This document shows positions 8,835-17,994 of a stretch of 64,000 nucleotides of DNA, piece by piece (the first letter of the stretch is position 1; each line of letters starts with the position of its first letter). The notes below the pieces were generated by a model. The model was not told where the DNA came from and did no database searches. It saw only the letters and a list, made by a program, of their open reading frames with translations. A program made the position numbers and the translations under genes. Source of the stretch: Crocinitomicaceae bacterium (GTDB lineage: Bacteria; Bacteroidota; Bacteroidia; Flavobacteriales_D; Crocinitomicaceae); NCBI GenBank assembly GCA_044233275.1, contig JBIIKG010000001.1, positions 610-64,609 on the forward strand, given 5' to 3'.

Positions 8835-11800
8835 ATCATATCTTGTGAAACTTCGTTGATTCCGATGTAATCAATCACAACACAATCAGAAGTGTCTTCA
8901 CAAGTTCCGTTGTTCACGATAACAGCATATGAACCATTTGCGGTAACTGTGTATGTCTGTGCCGTTGCACCTGCAATTGGTAAATTAGTAGCACAATCAA
9001 TCCATTGGTATGTTGCACCAGCAGAAGCTGAAATTGTAGCATCTAAGTTGTCTGTCGCAACAGCAGTTGGAAGAGCATTTACTGTTACTTGAATAGCATC
9101 TGTATCAGTACATCCGTTTGATCCTGTGATTGTTAAATTGAAAACATGAACTCCTACAGGTAATACAACCGGCGTACCGTTTGTTACAGCAACTGGACCT
9201 GTCCAAGTTGGTGATGTTCCACCAGTTCCATTGAACGTAACTTCTTCACCGTCACATACAGCTAAATCAGCACCTGCATCTGCAACTGGTGCAGCATTTA
9301 CAGTAACGATAACGTCATCAGTATCTGTACATCCTGCAACGTTCGTTACAGAGTACGTGAATGTATGAATTCCTACTGGAGGTGTAAATGCAACACCATC
9401 AGCTATAGTAACTGGACCAGTCCAAGTACCAGCAGTAGGGTTTCCGCTTAATGTTACAGCTTCTCCTTCACAAATAGTTTGATCTGCACCAGCATCAGCC
9501 GTAGGAAGTGTATTAACAGTAACAACAACGTCATCCGTACTTGTACAACCAGCAACGTTCGTTACAGAATATGTAAATGTATGAACACCAGCAGGAGGTG
9601 TAAATGCAACACCATCAGCGATAACAACTGGACCATTCCAAGTACCACCAGCAACAGTTCCGCTTAATAATACAGCATCTCCTTCGCAAACGGTTTGATC
9701 TACACCAGCATTTACTACAGGAAGTGCATTTACAGTAACGACAACGTCATCTGTATTTGTACAACTTGCAGCATTTGTTACAGAGTATGTAAATGTATGA
9801 ACACCAGCAGGAGGTGTAAATGCAACACCATCAGCGATAACAACTGGACCATTCCAAGTACCACCAGCAACAGTTCCGCTTAATGTTACAGCATCTCCTT
9901 CGCAAACGGTTTGATCTACACCAGCATCAACTGTAGGAAGTGTATTAACAGTAACAACAACGTCATCTGTACTTGTACAACCTGCAACGTTCGTTACAGA
10001 GTATGTAAATGTATGAACACCAGCCGGTGGCGTGAATGCAGTACCGTTTGTTACAGCAACTGGACCAGACCAAGTACCGCTAGCATCCGTTCCGTTTAAT
10101 GTTACCGCTTCTCCTTCACAAATAGTTTGATCAGTACCAGCATTTACAACAGGAAGTGCATTTACAGTAACGACAACGTTATCTGTATTTGTACAACTTG
10201 CAGCATTTGTTACAGAGTATGTAAATGTATGAACACCAGCAGGAGGTGTAAACGCAACACCATCAGCGATAACAACTGGACCATTCCAAGTACCGCCAGC
10301 AACAGTTCCACTTAATGTTACGGAAGCTCCTTCACAAATAGTTTGATCAGTACCAGCATTTACAACAGGAAGTGCATTAACTGTAACGACAACATCATCC
10401 GTGCTAGTACAACCAGCAACGTTCGTTACAGAATAAGTAAATGTGTGAACACCAGCAGGTGGCGTGAATGCAGTACCGTTTGTTACAGCAACTGGACCAG
10501 ACCAAGTTCCGCCAGCAACAGTTCCGCTTAATGTTACAGCATCTCCTTCGCAAACGGTTTGATCTGTACCAGCATTAACTGCAGGTAATGCATTAACTGT
10601 TACAGTAACCAAAGAACGTGCAGCACTTTCACAAATACCATTCACACCTGCAGCGTAGAAGTTATAAACTCCTGGCGTATTAGTGTTTAGCAAAACTGAA
10701 GTTCCAACAGTTTCGAAAGGTGTACCTGTGCCCAATGATGTTCCTCCTGTTGGAGCCGCATAGTATGCAACAGATGGAGCAGGGGTATATGTGTAGTTAA
10801 TCACCATAGAAGCAACATTAGCTCCAATTGGGAAAGTTGCTTCAGATCCTGCATTGTCATTATATGCATCAAAATAATGCAAGTTAACAACTCCACCTGC
10901 AATTGAAACTGACGCCGGTGATAAAGCTAATGTATAGTTAAAGTTACCCGCTGAATTTAAAGCACCAGCACCAACTGCGTAAGGAGAAGATACTGCTCCA
11001 TTGAAGCCGAAGTTAACATCACTTCTCCATGAACCACCTGTTGCAGTAATATTATTAAATGTGAAATTCACACTCGTAATAACAGCATTTGCAGGTAAAG
11101 CAGGCATAGTCGCAGAGCTGATAATGTTAGGATCAACTGCAACTGTTCCGACAGGGAAATTACTAACTTCAGTTGGTTGCGCTAACAAAGCAAAAGGCAA
11201 AGTAACAGAACCTGTTGAAACTGGAGTATAAACCAATTGTGCAGATGGTACACCTTCACAGATACTCACATTTGTAATACCTACTGGTTGATTAACAGCA
11301 GCTGGCTGAGTAATAACAATAGTTTGTGGTGCAACGGTATATAAGTTTGCATCACGCGTAACAACTGAATAAGTTCCAGGTGTAAGGTTCGTTGGTATTG
11401 GTCCAAAAGCACCACCATCAACTGAGTAAGAGAAAGGTGCAGTTCCACAAGAAGATCCTGTTAAAGAGAATGAACCATCTCCAGCATTGAAACATGTAAC
11501 ATTAGTTGCTGCTAAAGTTGCTGTAAATGGATTAACAGTTAAGTTAACAGAAGAAACCGCATTACATCCTCCGTCAACACCATTTACAGTAAACACATAT
11601 GATCCTGGAGTAGATGGCGTCGCTGTTACTGCAGAACCTGTAGAAGTAACTAAACCATTTCCTGTAGTACTTGACCAAGTGTAAGTATAAGACTGCAGAG
11701 GTGATGGATTTGTGTTAACAACAGATAAATTAACTGATTGTCCAATACAAATAGTTGGTAAATCAATTGAAGCTTGAACTAAATCGGCAGATGCCACCGT

Positions 11801-14800
11801 TATTGTTACAGGAGTAAGTGTACTCTCACATCCAGTAGTTGTATTCAATTCACTTACATATAACGTAGTTGTTGATGGAACAACAGAAGTATATGTTGTT
11901 GATGTACTTGTTTGCAATACGGTTCCGGCTACTGCTGCATCATACCAAACAAATGTTGGTGTTGGCAATCCTGATGTAGAAACAACAGATGCAGTAGGGA
12001 TTTGAGCTCCACATTGTGCACTACTTGTTGTAGTCGGTGCAGTTGGCAATGGATTCGCAGTTACTGTAACAGTTGCGGTAGTTGTACATCCATTTGCTAA
12101 AGCACTTAAGGTATAATTTGTTGTTGCATTCAATCCTGTCGCCAACGGATTTGTAATCGTTGTTGAGTTCAAGAATGTTGCTGGTGACCAAGAGTAAGTA
12201 TATGTTGGTGGAGTGAAAGTATAAATTGTACCATTCACCGGAACAACAGTGTTATTGTCATTAGGCACTGATGAAGATGCGGTATTCGTTACAAATGTAA
12301 TACTTTTATAATTTGTTGTCGAACCAGTTAAACCTGCAGACATTGTTCCTGTTGCAACTCCAATAGTTCCATATCGGAATTCAATAACACCTGTATTTTC
12401 ATACAGCCACGCTTGGAAAGTTGAGTTAGCAGGACCAGTAGTATTACGTGGCACAGTAACAGACCATTGAACAATAAAGATTTGGTTAGGTGCAGTTCCC
12501 GTAACTAATGTTTGAACATTACCTGTTGTCCCAGTCGCTAAATCATCCCACAAAGGGTATATTTTTGGTATATTAGTAGGGTCTGTTACTTGATTGGAAA
12601 AATCACTTAAAGCAACAGCTCCACCTAATAATAACCATCCATCAGGAGAAACTGAATATTGAGTGTAAGTTGTTCCGTTAAAAGGGAAACTGAATCCAAT
12701 ATTTGAGGGTGCAGCCGTTGGAGTATCATCGTTAAGAGAATTAATCACAGTAGTTGCGCCAACCATTGGATCTAGACTTGCGCTGGTTCCAGCACTAAAT
12801 AGATAGTCAGTAGCAAGTGGTGCGGAAACATTTGCTTGTAGTTGAGAGTTACCACTATTACAAACCGCAGTTGGAGTTGCTGTGATAGCAGAAATTGTCG
12901 GAGTATTTACAACGTTAATAGGAACTAATGCCGTTCCAATACACCCATTTCCGTCAACTCCTGTAACAGTATATGTAGTGCTTGTAGTTGGTGATGCAGC
13001 TACAGCAGCGCCAATATTTGCAGACAAACCAGTAGATGGTGTCCAAGCATATGTTGATGCACCACTTGCAGCTAAATCAACAGCTGTTCCTGGATTACAA
13101 TATGTTGCAGAACTTGGAGTTACGGCAACAATAGGGTTAGCGTTAACGTTCACCGTAAATTCTGGAGTTGATGCTGATAATCCGCCATTTGCACATGTTA
13201 CGGTTACAACATAATAAGTTGTAGCGGCTAATGCACCTGTATTTTGAGTTAAAGTACTTCCTAAAATAGTTGTGTAAGGCCCGCCAAGCGTTGTTGAACT
13301 TGCCCACTGGAAAGATAATCCAGCTTCAGCAGGAATACCATTTGATGTTAGAACAACAGAACCTCCTTGACAAATTGTACTAGTTCCTGAGATTGTTCCC
13401 GCTGTTGGAGTTCCGGAGCAAGCTAATGGAGCAGTTACTTCATCCGCTCCCATGTCAGGAAAAGTAGTCGCTCCATCGGGACGTGTATTACCATCAATAT
13501 CTGTTGTTACACCGACTAGACCTGCCGCACCTTTTTGTTCAACATTAATTAATTCAGGTGAAATAGGTAACAAGTGAAGATCGGATGAACTGATGAATGG
13601 TGCAGCATTAGAAGATGCAAAAGATGCATTATCGTTAGTTGCAGCTGCACTTAAGGTATTTGTGTAATTTCTAAAATTTAAAACACCTGTTGATACAGCA
13701 GGATTAAAGTCTGCAGCCGCATACAATCCTACGCCAATTGCTGTTACAGGTGAAGTATAAGTTGTACCGCAATGAGCAATTCCATTAACTCCTGCAACTG
13801 ATCCAGTGTAATAAGCATTGTTGTTTAATGTTAGGTTCAAAGCAGAAGTTGCTGCGTTAGGAAGATAGACGCAAACACTTGCCGTTGTCCCTGATCCACC
13901 GCCCATTGTATTCGTAAAAATATTATTTCTAACGTCACAACCAGTTACAGCTGTAGCAGTAATTGCAAACGAAGCCGCAAGGTGAGTTGTTGTAGGGGTG
14001 CCAATTCTTGCCCCGAATAAATTAACAGAGTTGTGGTAGATCTTGTGATTAGTTCCAGCCGCAATTCGAATTCCAAAAACTCCAAAACTTGTTGAAAAGG
14101 CAAAACCACCAGATATATCATTTTTTACATCACTTATGAAATTATTTCTAATAATTGCACCATTTCCACCAACAAAGTTGATACCATAAGACCCATAAGT
14201 GGTCAGTGATTTTGAAAATTTGTTCGATACAATATTGTTTTCAATGACTGCGTTTGTTCCATTAGATGAAATATCCCCTATGGCAAGCGCACCTGAGCTA
14301 GTTCCAATAAAACCTTCAATATTTCTAATTGTATTACCTGAAATTAACGCAGCAGTAAAACCTTGAGCAGTAATACCTGTTCTGTAAACAGTTGTGGTAG
14401 AACCTGCTGTTGCGGCACCGATTACATTATTAGAGATAGTCAAGTTGTTGATAACAGTGATTGATGAAGCTTGAACTGAAATTCCTCTTGCACACCCAGT
14501 AACTTGATTATTGGTAATAATTAAGTTATTCATTGTTGCTCCAGTAGCTACAGTAGTGCTAACAGATGTAATTGCTAAAGGAGTTGCAGTAGCAGATGCA
14601 GGCGCGCTTGAACCAAATGAACCGATATAAATACCATTTGTAGTTGATTCTGAGCCTGTTGTAGATGTAGCAGTAGAAACATTACGATCGGATGCACTTC
14701 CTGTAATTATTAAATTAGAAATAGTATTATTGTCTGCTGAAGTAATAACTGTAGCAAAAGCAGCAATACGCACAACTGAAGTGTAAGTAGTCGTACTTAC

Positions 14801-15229
14801 AGCTGTGTTTCGAACTTCTAGATTTCTATTAATACCGGGAGTATTTGGATTGTCACCATTAATTGTAACATTATCCGCTCCGTTTAATTCGATTACTCCT
14901 TTGCCACCAAGTGTAGCTCCAGAAATTACCACACCATCTGCACTAGGAGAAATTATTATTGCGGTATAAGAAGCTAATCCAGCACCAGAGCCATTAAGCA
15001 CAGCAGATGCTGTTTCGGTAGTATTTGCCGAAATGCCAATCGCAATATTTCCCTGATGAGTTCCGGCATTGATAGCATCAAATGCACCTTTAAGTGTGGC
15101 GTATGTTCCAGCAGGAGTTCCAGCTGTTGCGGCAACATCTACTTGAGCATAAGAATAATTAAAACTACCAATCACTAGGAATGCAAAGAGCAAACTTTTG
15201 ATAATTGACGTTAACTTGAATTTTTTCAT
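8618..15229 (-). CDS. Giant T9SS-secreted adhesin-like protein (N-terminal beta-helix, Ig-like modules, 7 tandem 72-aa repeats, type-A CTD)
   Basis: The track ORF is 2213 aa. The likely start is the internal MKKFKLTSIIKSLLFAFLVIGS signal peptide (ATG at 15229). C-terminal VYPNPTRDFVTVNM...GMYIFRITTENGTSIHRISKN. Confidence 0.85.
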   Translation of the reverse strand: MKKFKLTSIIKSLLFAFLVIGSFNYSYAQVDVAATAGTPAGTYATLKGAFDAINAGTHQGNIAIGISANTTETASAVLNGSGAGLASYTAIIISPSADGVVISGATLGGKGVIELNGADNVTINGDNPNTPGINRNLEVRNTAVSTTTYTSVVRIAAFATVITSADNNTISNLIITGSASDRNVSTATSTTGSESTTNGIYIGSFGSSAPASATATPLAITSVSTTVATGATMNNLIITNNQVTGCARGISVQASSITVINNLTISNNVIGAATAGSTTTVYRTGITAQGFTAALISGNTIRNIEGFIGTSSGALAIGDISSNGTNAVIENNIVSNKFSKSLTTYGSYGINFVGGNGAIIRNNFISDVKNDISGGFAFSTSFGVFGIRIAAGTNHKIYHNSVNLFGARIGTPTTTHLAASFAITATAVTGCDVRNNIFTNTMGGGSGTTASVCVYLPNAATSALNLTLNNNAYYTGSVAGVNGIAHCGTTYTSPVTAIGVGLYAAADFNPAVSTGVLNFRNYTNTLSAAATNDNASFASSNAAPFISSSDLHLLPISPELINVEQKGAAGLVGVTTDIDGNTRPDGATTFPDMGADEVTAPLACSGTPTAGTISGTSTICQGGSVVLTSNGIPAEAGLSFQWASSTTLGGPYTTILGSTLTQNTGALAATTYYVVTVTCANGGLSASTPEFTVNVNANPIVAVTPSSATYCNPGTAVDLAASGASTYAWTPSTGLSANIGAAVAASPTTSTTYTVTGVDGNGCIGTALVPINVVNTPTISAITATPTAVCNSGNSQLQANVSAPLATDYLFSAGTSASLDPMVGATTVINSLNDDTPTAAPSNIGFSFPFNGTTYTQYSVSPDGWLLLGGAVALSDFSNQVTDPTNIPKIYPLWDDLATGTTGNVQTLVTGTAPNQIFIVQWSVTVPRNTTGPANSTFQAWLYENTGVIEFRYGTIGVATGTMSAGLTGSTTNYKSITFVTNTASSSVPNDNNTVVPVNGTIYTFTPPTYTYSWSPATFLNSTTITNPLATGLNATTNYTLSALANGCTTTATVTVTANPLPTAPTTTSSAQCGAQIPTASVVSTSGLPTPTFVWYDAAVAGTVLQTSTSTTYTSVVPSTTTLYVSELNTTTGCESTLTPVTITVASADLVQASIDLPTICIGQSVNLSVVNTNPSPLQSYTYTWSSTTGNGLVTSTGSAVTATPSTPGSYVFTVNGVDGGCNAVSSVNLTVNPFTATLAATNVTCFNAGDGSFSLTGSSCGTAPFSYSVDGGAFGPIPTNLTPGTYSVVTRDANLYTVAPQTIVITQPAAVNQPVGITNVSICEGVPSAQLVYTPVSTGSVTLPFALLAQPTEVSNFPVGTVAVDPNIISSATMPALPANAVITSVNFTFNNITATGGSWRSDVNFGFNGAVSSPYAVGAGALNSAGNFNYTLALSPASVSIAGGVVNLHYFDAYNDNAGSEATFPIGANVASMVINYTYTPAPSVAYYAAPTGGTSLGTGTPFETVGTSVLLNTNTPGVYNFYAAGVNGICESAARSLVTVTVNALPAVNAGTDQTVCEGDAVTLSGTVAGGTWSGPVAVTNGTAFTPPAGVHTFTYSVTNVAGCTSTDDVVVTVNALPVVNAGTDQTICEGASVTLSGTVAGGTWNGPVVIADGVAFTPPAGVHTFTYSVTNAASCTNTDNVVVTVNALPVVNAGTDQTICEGEAVTLNGTDASGTWSGPVAVTNGTAFTPPAGVHTFTYSVTNVAGCTSTDDVVVTVNTLPTVDAGVDQTVCEGDAVTLSGTVAGGTWNGPVVIADGVAFTPPAGVHTFTYSVTNAASCTNTDDVVVTVNALPVVNAGVDQTVCEGDAVLLSGTVAGGTWNGPVVIADGVAFTPPAGVHTFTYSVTNVAGCTSTDDVVVTVNTLPTADAGADQTICEGEAVTLSGNPTAGTWTGPVTIADGVAFTPPVGIHTFTYSVTNVAGCTDTDDVIVTVNAAPVADAGADLAVCDGEEVTFNGTGGTSPTWTGPVAVTNGTPVVLPVGVHVFNLTITGSNGCTDTDAIQVTVNALPTAVATDNLDATISASAGATYQWIDCATNLPIAGATAQTYTVTANGSYAVIVNNGTCEDTSDCVVIDYIGINEVSQDMISVYPNPTRDFVTVNMTAANASIEVVDAQGKILQTSIVENGGTLSLASYETGMYIFRITTENGTSIHRISKN
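9080..10594 (-). repeat. In-frame tandem array, 7 x ~216 bp (72-73 aa units NALPVVNAGTDQT.CEG...FTYSVTN..GCT.TDDVVVTV)
   Basis: Unit boundaries derived by counting codons back from the stop. The 216-nt periodicity is also visible as five plus-strand artefact ORFs at 9479, 9695, 9911, 10127 and 10343. Confidence 0.9.
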
Positions 15230-15424
15230 GTGTCTGTATTTTAAATAATTTGTTCGCAAAAATGCAACATTAAAAGATTATTAACAAAATAATTGTAAGA
15301 ATACTGAAAATTTTAACGCTTGACCTCTAAAGAAATACCGCTAATAATGGGATTAGGCTGAGGATGAAGAAAAAAATAAATTTTAATAAAAGAGTGCGTA
15401 ACAATATTTTGATAATTTCGTGTT

Positions 15425-16648
15425 ATGATAAAAAAGTTACTATTCATATTTGTTTTGCTGCCAGCTGTTTTTACTTATTCACAAGGCTTCCAAGTGAATT
15501 TTCAAGGTCAAAAACAACAGGGTATGGGGAGTGCTGGCGCTGCTTTACCGCAGGATGGTGCCTCCTTGTTTTTTAATCCAGGATCGGCCGTTTTTGTAAA
15601 GGAAAACGCCATTAATGTGGCCATAACCCCAGTTTTCGGGAATACCCTTTTTGAAGAGGCAAACACCTATGAATCGGCCCGCACGAATTCTCCAATGGGT
15701 ACACCATTTTCGGCTTATGCACTTTATAAGTTAAAAAAGGACGGAAAATTATCCTTGGGTTTAGCAGCATATACACCATTTGGAAGCACCATTCAATGGG
15801 AAGATGCTTGGGAAGGACGTTTTGCCATAACTCGCTTAGAATTAAAATCAATTTTTATTCAACCGACAGTTTCGTATAAGATTACTGATTATTTAGGCTT
15901 TGGCGCTGGTTTCGTTTATTGTAATGGAAAAGTAAATCTTCAGAAGGACATTCCAGTAATGGATGTAGAAGGCACTTATGGTCATGCTGAATTGGCGGGT
16001 AAAGCGCAGGGTTTTGGTTTTAATGCGGGAATCTATTTGGAACCGGCAGAAAACTGGTCCGTTGGTTTAACCTATAAATCGCAAGTGAATATGGCGGTTT
16101 CTGATGGAGAAGCAACGTTTACTGTCCCAACTTCACTTGAACCGAACTTTCCTTCAGGTAAATTTTCGAGTTCATTGCCTTTGCCTCAAGTTTTAACACT
16201 TGGAATTGCATGGACGCCGAATGAAAAATTAGCTTTTGCTTTGGATATAAATCGTGTTGGTTGGAGCGCTTACGATACCTTAGCTTTCGATTATGAGCAA
16301 AATACGTCTTCTCTTTCAGATACTAAATCAGCTCGAAATTATAAAAACACGTATGCTTTTAGACTTGGTGCTCAATATAAAGTAATAAATAACTTAACCA
16401 CTAGAGTAGGTTTAGCCTACGGTTTAACACCAGTTCCAGATGGGTTTGTGACTCCAGAAACACCAGATGCAAATCGAATTAATGTTACGGGTGGATTAGG
16501 TTATTTACTGGGCAATCATTTTGAGTTTGATGCATCGCTTTTATTTACAAAATTGTCTCGAACAGATACCAATTTAGAAACAAATATGAGTGGTACTTTT
16601 ACAACGATTGTTATAGCTCCTGGTTTGGCAATCATCTACAAATTTTAG
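15425..16648 (+). CDS. Outer-membrane transport protein, OMPP1/FadL/TodX family
   Basis: 407-aa ORF with a signal peptide. The N-terminal GMGSAGAALPQDGASLFFNPG motif is FadL-like. Alternating beta-strand pattern, ending in an aromatic residue (IIYKF). Confidence 0.8.
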   Translation: MIKKLLFIFVLLPAVFTYSQGFQVNFQGQKQQGMGSAGAALPQDGASLFFNPGSAVFVKENAINVAITPVFGNTLFEEANTYESARTNSPMGTPFSAYALYKLKKDGKLSLGLAAYTPFGSTIQWEDAWEGRFAITRLELKSIFIQPTVSYKITDYLGFGAGFVYCNGKVNLQKDIPVMDVEGTYGHAELAGKAQGFGFNAGIYLEPAENWSVGLTYKSQVNMAVSDGEATFTVPTSLEPNFPSGKFSSSLPLPQVLTLGIAWTPNEKLAFALDINRVGWSAYDTLAFDYEQNTSSLSDTKSARNYKNTYAFRLGAQYKVINNLTTRVGLAYGLTPVPDGFVTPETPDANRINVTGGLGYLLGNHFEFDASLLFTKLSRTDTNLETNMSGTFTTIVIAPGLAIIYKF

Positions 16649-16653
16649 GAACT

Positions 16654-17967
16654 ATGAAAACGAATTTTAAAAATATAACATACTTTTTTGTTGCTGCTTT
16701 GTTCGTTGCTGCTTGTAAACCTAAAGAAAGCAAGAAGGATTATACAGCGGGCGATTTGAATTTATCAAATTTCGTTGCAATTGGTGGGACGTCCACAAGC
16801 GGCTACATGGATGACGCCTTGTACCGTGAAGGTCAAGAAAATTCCTTGGGAGCAATTCTAGCAAAACAATTCGAAATCGTTGGGGGAGGAATGTTCTATC
16901 AGCCGTTTGTTGCAGAGAATTCTGTTGGAATCAATGCAGATAATTTAGCGAAACTGATTTTAGGATACAAAACAGATTGTTTAAATGTTACGAGTCTTTC
17001 ACCTGTCAGAAAAGCAAGTTCTGGAGACGCATCTATATTTTCTGATAACTTGTATGATGCAACGAAACCATATGGAAATTATGGAATTCCAGGATTTTAT
17101 ATGGCGTATGCTTTTAGTCCTGCGTATTCAAGTCAAAATAACTTTTTCAAGCGCATGGCCTCTTCGACAAGCGCTTCAGTAATTGGTGATGCCTTGAATT
17201 CAACACCGACATTTTTCTCATTGTATGTTGGTTTAGATGAAGTTATGGCCTATGCAAAAGCGGGAGGAAAAAACGCGACTTTATTGACAGAATCGCAATT
17301 TCAAGTGCTTTATTCACCAATAATTGATCAGGTAACGTCGGTCTGCAATCAAGGTATTGTTTCAACATTGCCGGATGTTACAGATATGCCTTATTTTACA
17401 ACAATTCCATACAATGGCTTAAACTTGGATGAGGCAGGAGCTGAATCGCTGAATCAAGTTTATAATCCAATTGGATTATTTTTTACTGTGGGCGCCAACC
17501 CATTTGTAATTGAAGATCCGAGCGCAGGTGTATTTGGTGTGCGTAAAATGGAACCTGGAGAAAAAATATTACTGAGTGTTCCGCTCGACTCTGTAAAGTG
17601 TTACAAAATGGGGTCGTTGTTTCCTTTTAGAAATGAATTTGTACTAACCAACACAGAAATTGCGCAAATACAATCAGCAACAAATCAATATAATGCAATA
17701 ATTACTGCCAAAGCAGCGGAAAAAGGTTTAGCGTTAGTTGATACTAAAAGTTTTTATACAAAAATAAAAGCTGGAATTGTTTACAATGGAATTGCAATGG
17801 ATGCTCGACTTGTATCTGGTGGCGCATATTCACTTGACGGAATTACTTTTAATCCGAGAGGAAATGCCTTGTTTGCAAATCAGTTTATTGATGCAATGAA
17901 TAAAAAATACAATGCTAAAATACCTTTTGCCGATGTAAGTAAATACAACGGTGTAATTTTTCCTTAA
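16654..17967 (+). CDS. Surface lipoprotein with an SGNH/GDSL-hydrolase-like fold but degenerate catalytic blocks
   Basis: 437 aa with lipobox LFVAAC. Block-like segments are AIGGTSTSGY (block I), NYGIPG (II), YVGLDEV (III) and SLDGITFNPRGNALFAN (V). Starts 5 nt after the FadL-like gene. Confidence 0.55.
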   Translation: MKTNFKNITYFFVAALFVAACKPKESKKDYTAGDLNLSNFVAIGGTSTSGYMDDALYREGQENSLGAILAKQFEIVGGGMFYQPFVAENSVGINADNLAKLILGYKTDCLNVTSLSPVRKASSGDASIFSDNLYDATKPYGNYGIPGFYMAYAFSPAYSSQNNFFKRMASSTSASVIGDALNSTPTFFSLYVGLDEVMAYAKAGGKNATLLTESQFQVLYSPIIDQVTSVCNQGIVSTLPDVTDMPYFTTIPYNGLNLDEAGAESLNQVYNPIGLFFTVGANPFVIEDPSAGVFGVRKMEPGEKILLSVPLDSVKCYKMGSLFPFRNEFVLTNTEIAQIQSATNQYNAIITAKAAEKGLALVDTKSFYTKIKAGIVYNGIAMDARLVSGGAYSLDGITFNPRGNALFANQFIDAMNKKYNAKIPFADVSKYNGVIFP

Positions 17968-17994
17968 CTTCGAAAACTAATTAAACGCTTAACT

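Noticed and set aside
9479-10531. Five evenly spaced plus-strand 62-aa ORFs (every 216 nt) with Cys/Arg-rich, near-identical products
   Set aside because: They lie antisense to the in-frame 216-bp tandem repeats of the large minus-strand adhesin gene. Their periodicity simply mirrors that array, and the products are low-complexity with no signal or motif.
9080-10594. Regularly spaced repeats considered as a possible CRISPR array
   Set aside because: The units are contiguous 216-bp coding repeats with no unique spacers, they sit inside one long ORF, and no cas genes are present.
15364-15576. 70-aa plus-strand ORF overlapping the start of the FadL-like gene
   Set aside because: It is out of frame with, and mostly inside, a well-supported gene. 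It has no motif, and the 15425 start gives a proper signal peptide.
15425-16648. Possibility that the FadL-like protein is the T9SS component PorV or a PorP/SprF partner for the adhesins
   Set aside because: The N-terminal motif (GMGSAGAAL..DGASLFFNPG) fits generic FadL/OMPP1 proteins. It does not fit the PorV pattern I recall (VPFL.I.PDAR..GMGD.GVA) or the PorP/SprF N-terminus (QQDPQFSQY...). Its tight linkage is to the lipoprotein and esterase genes.
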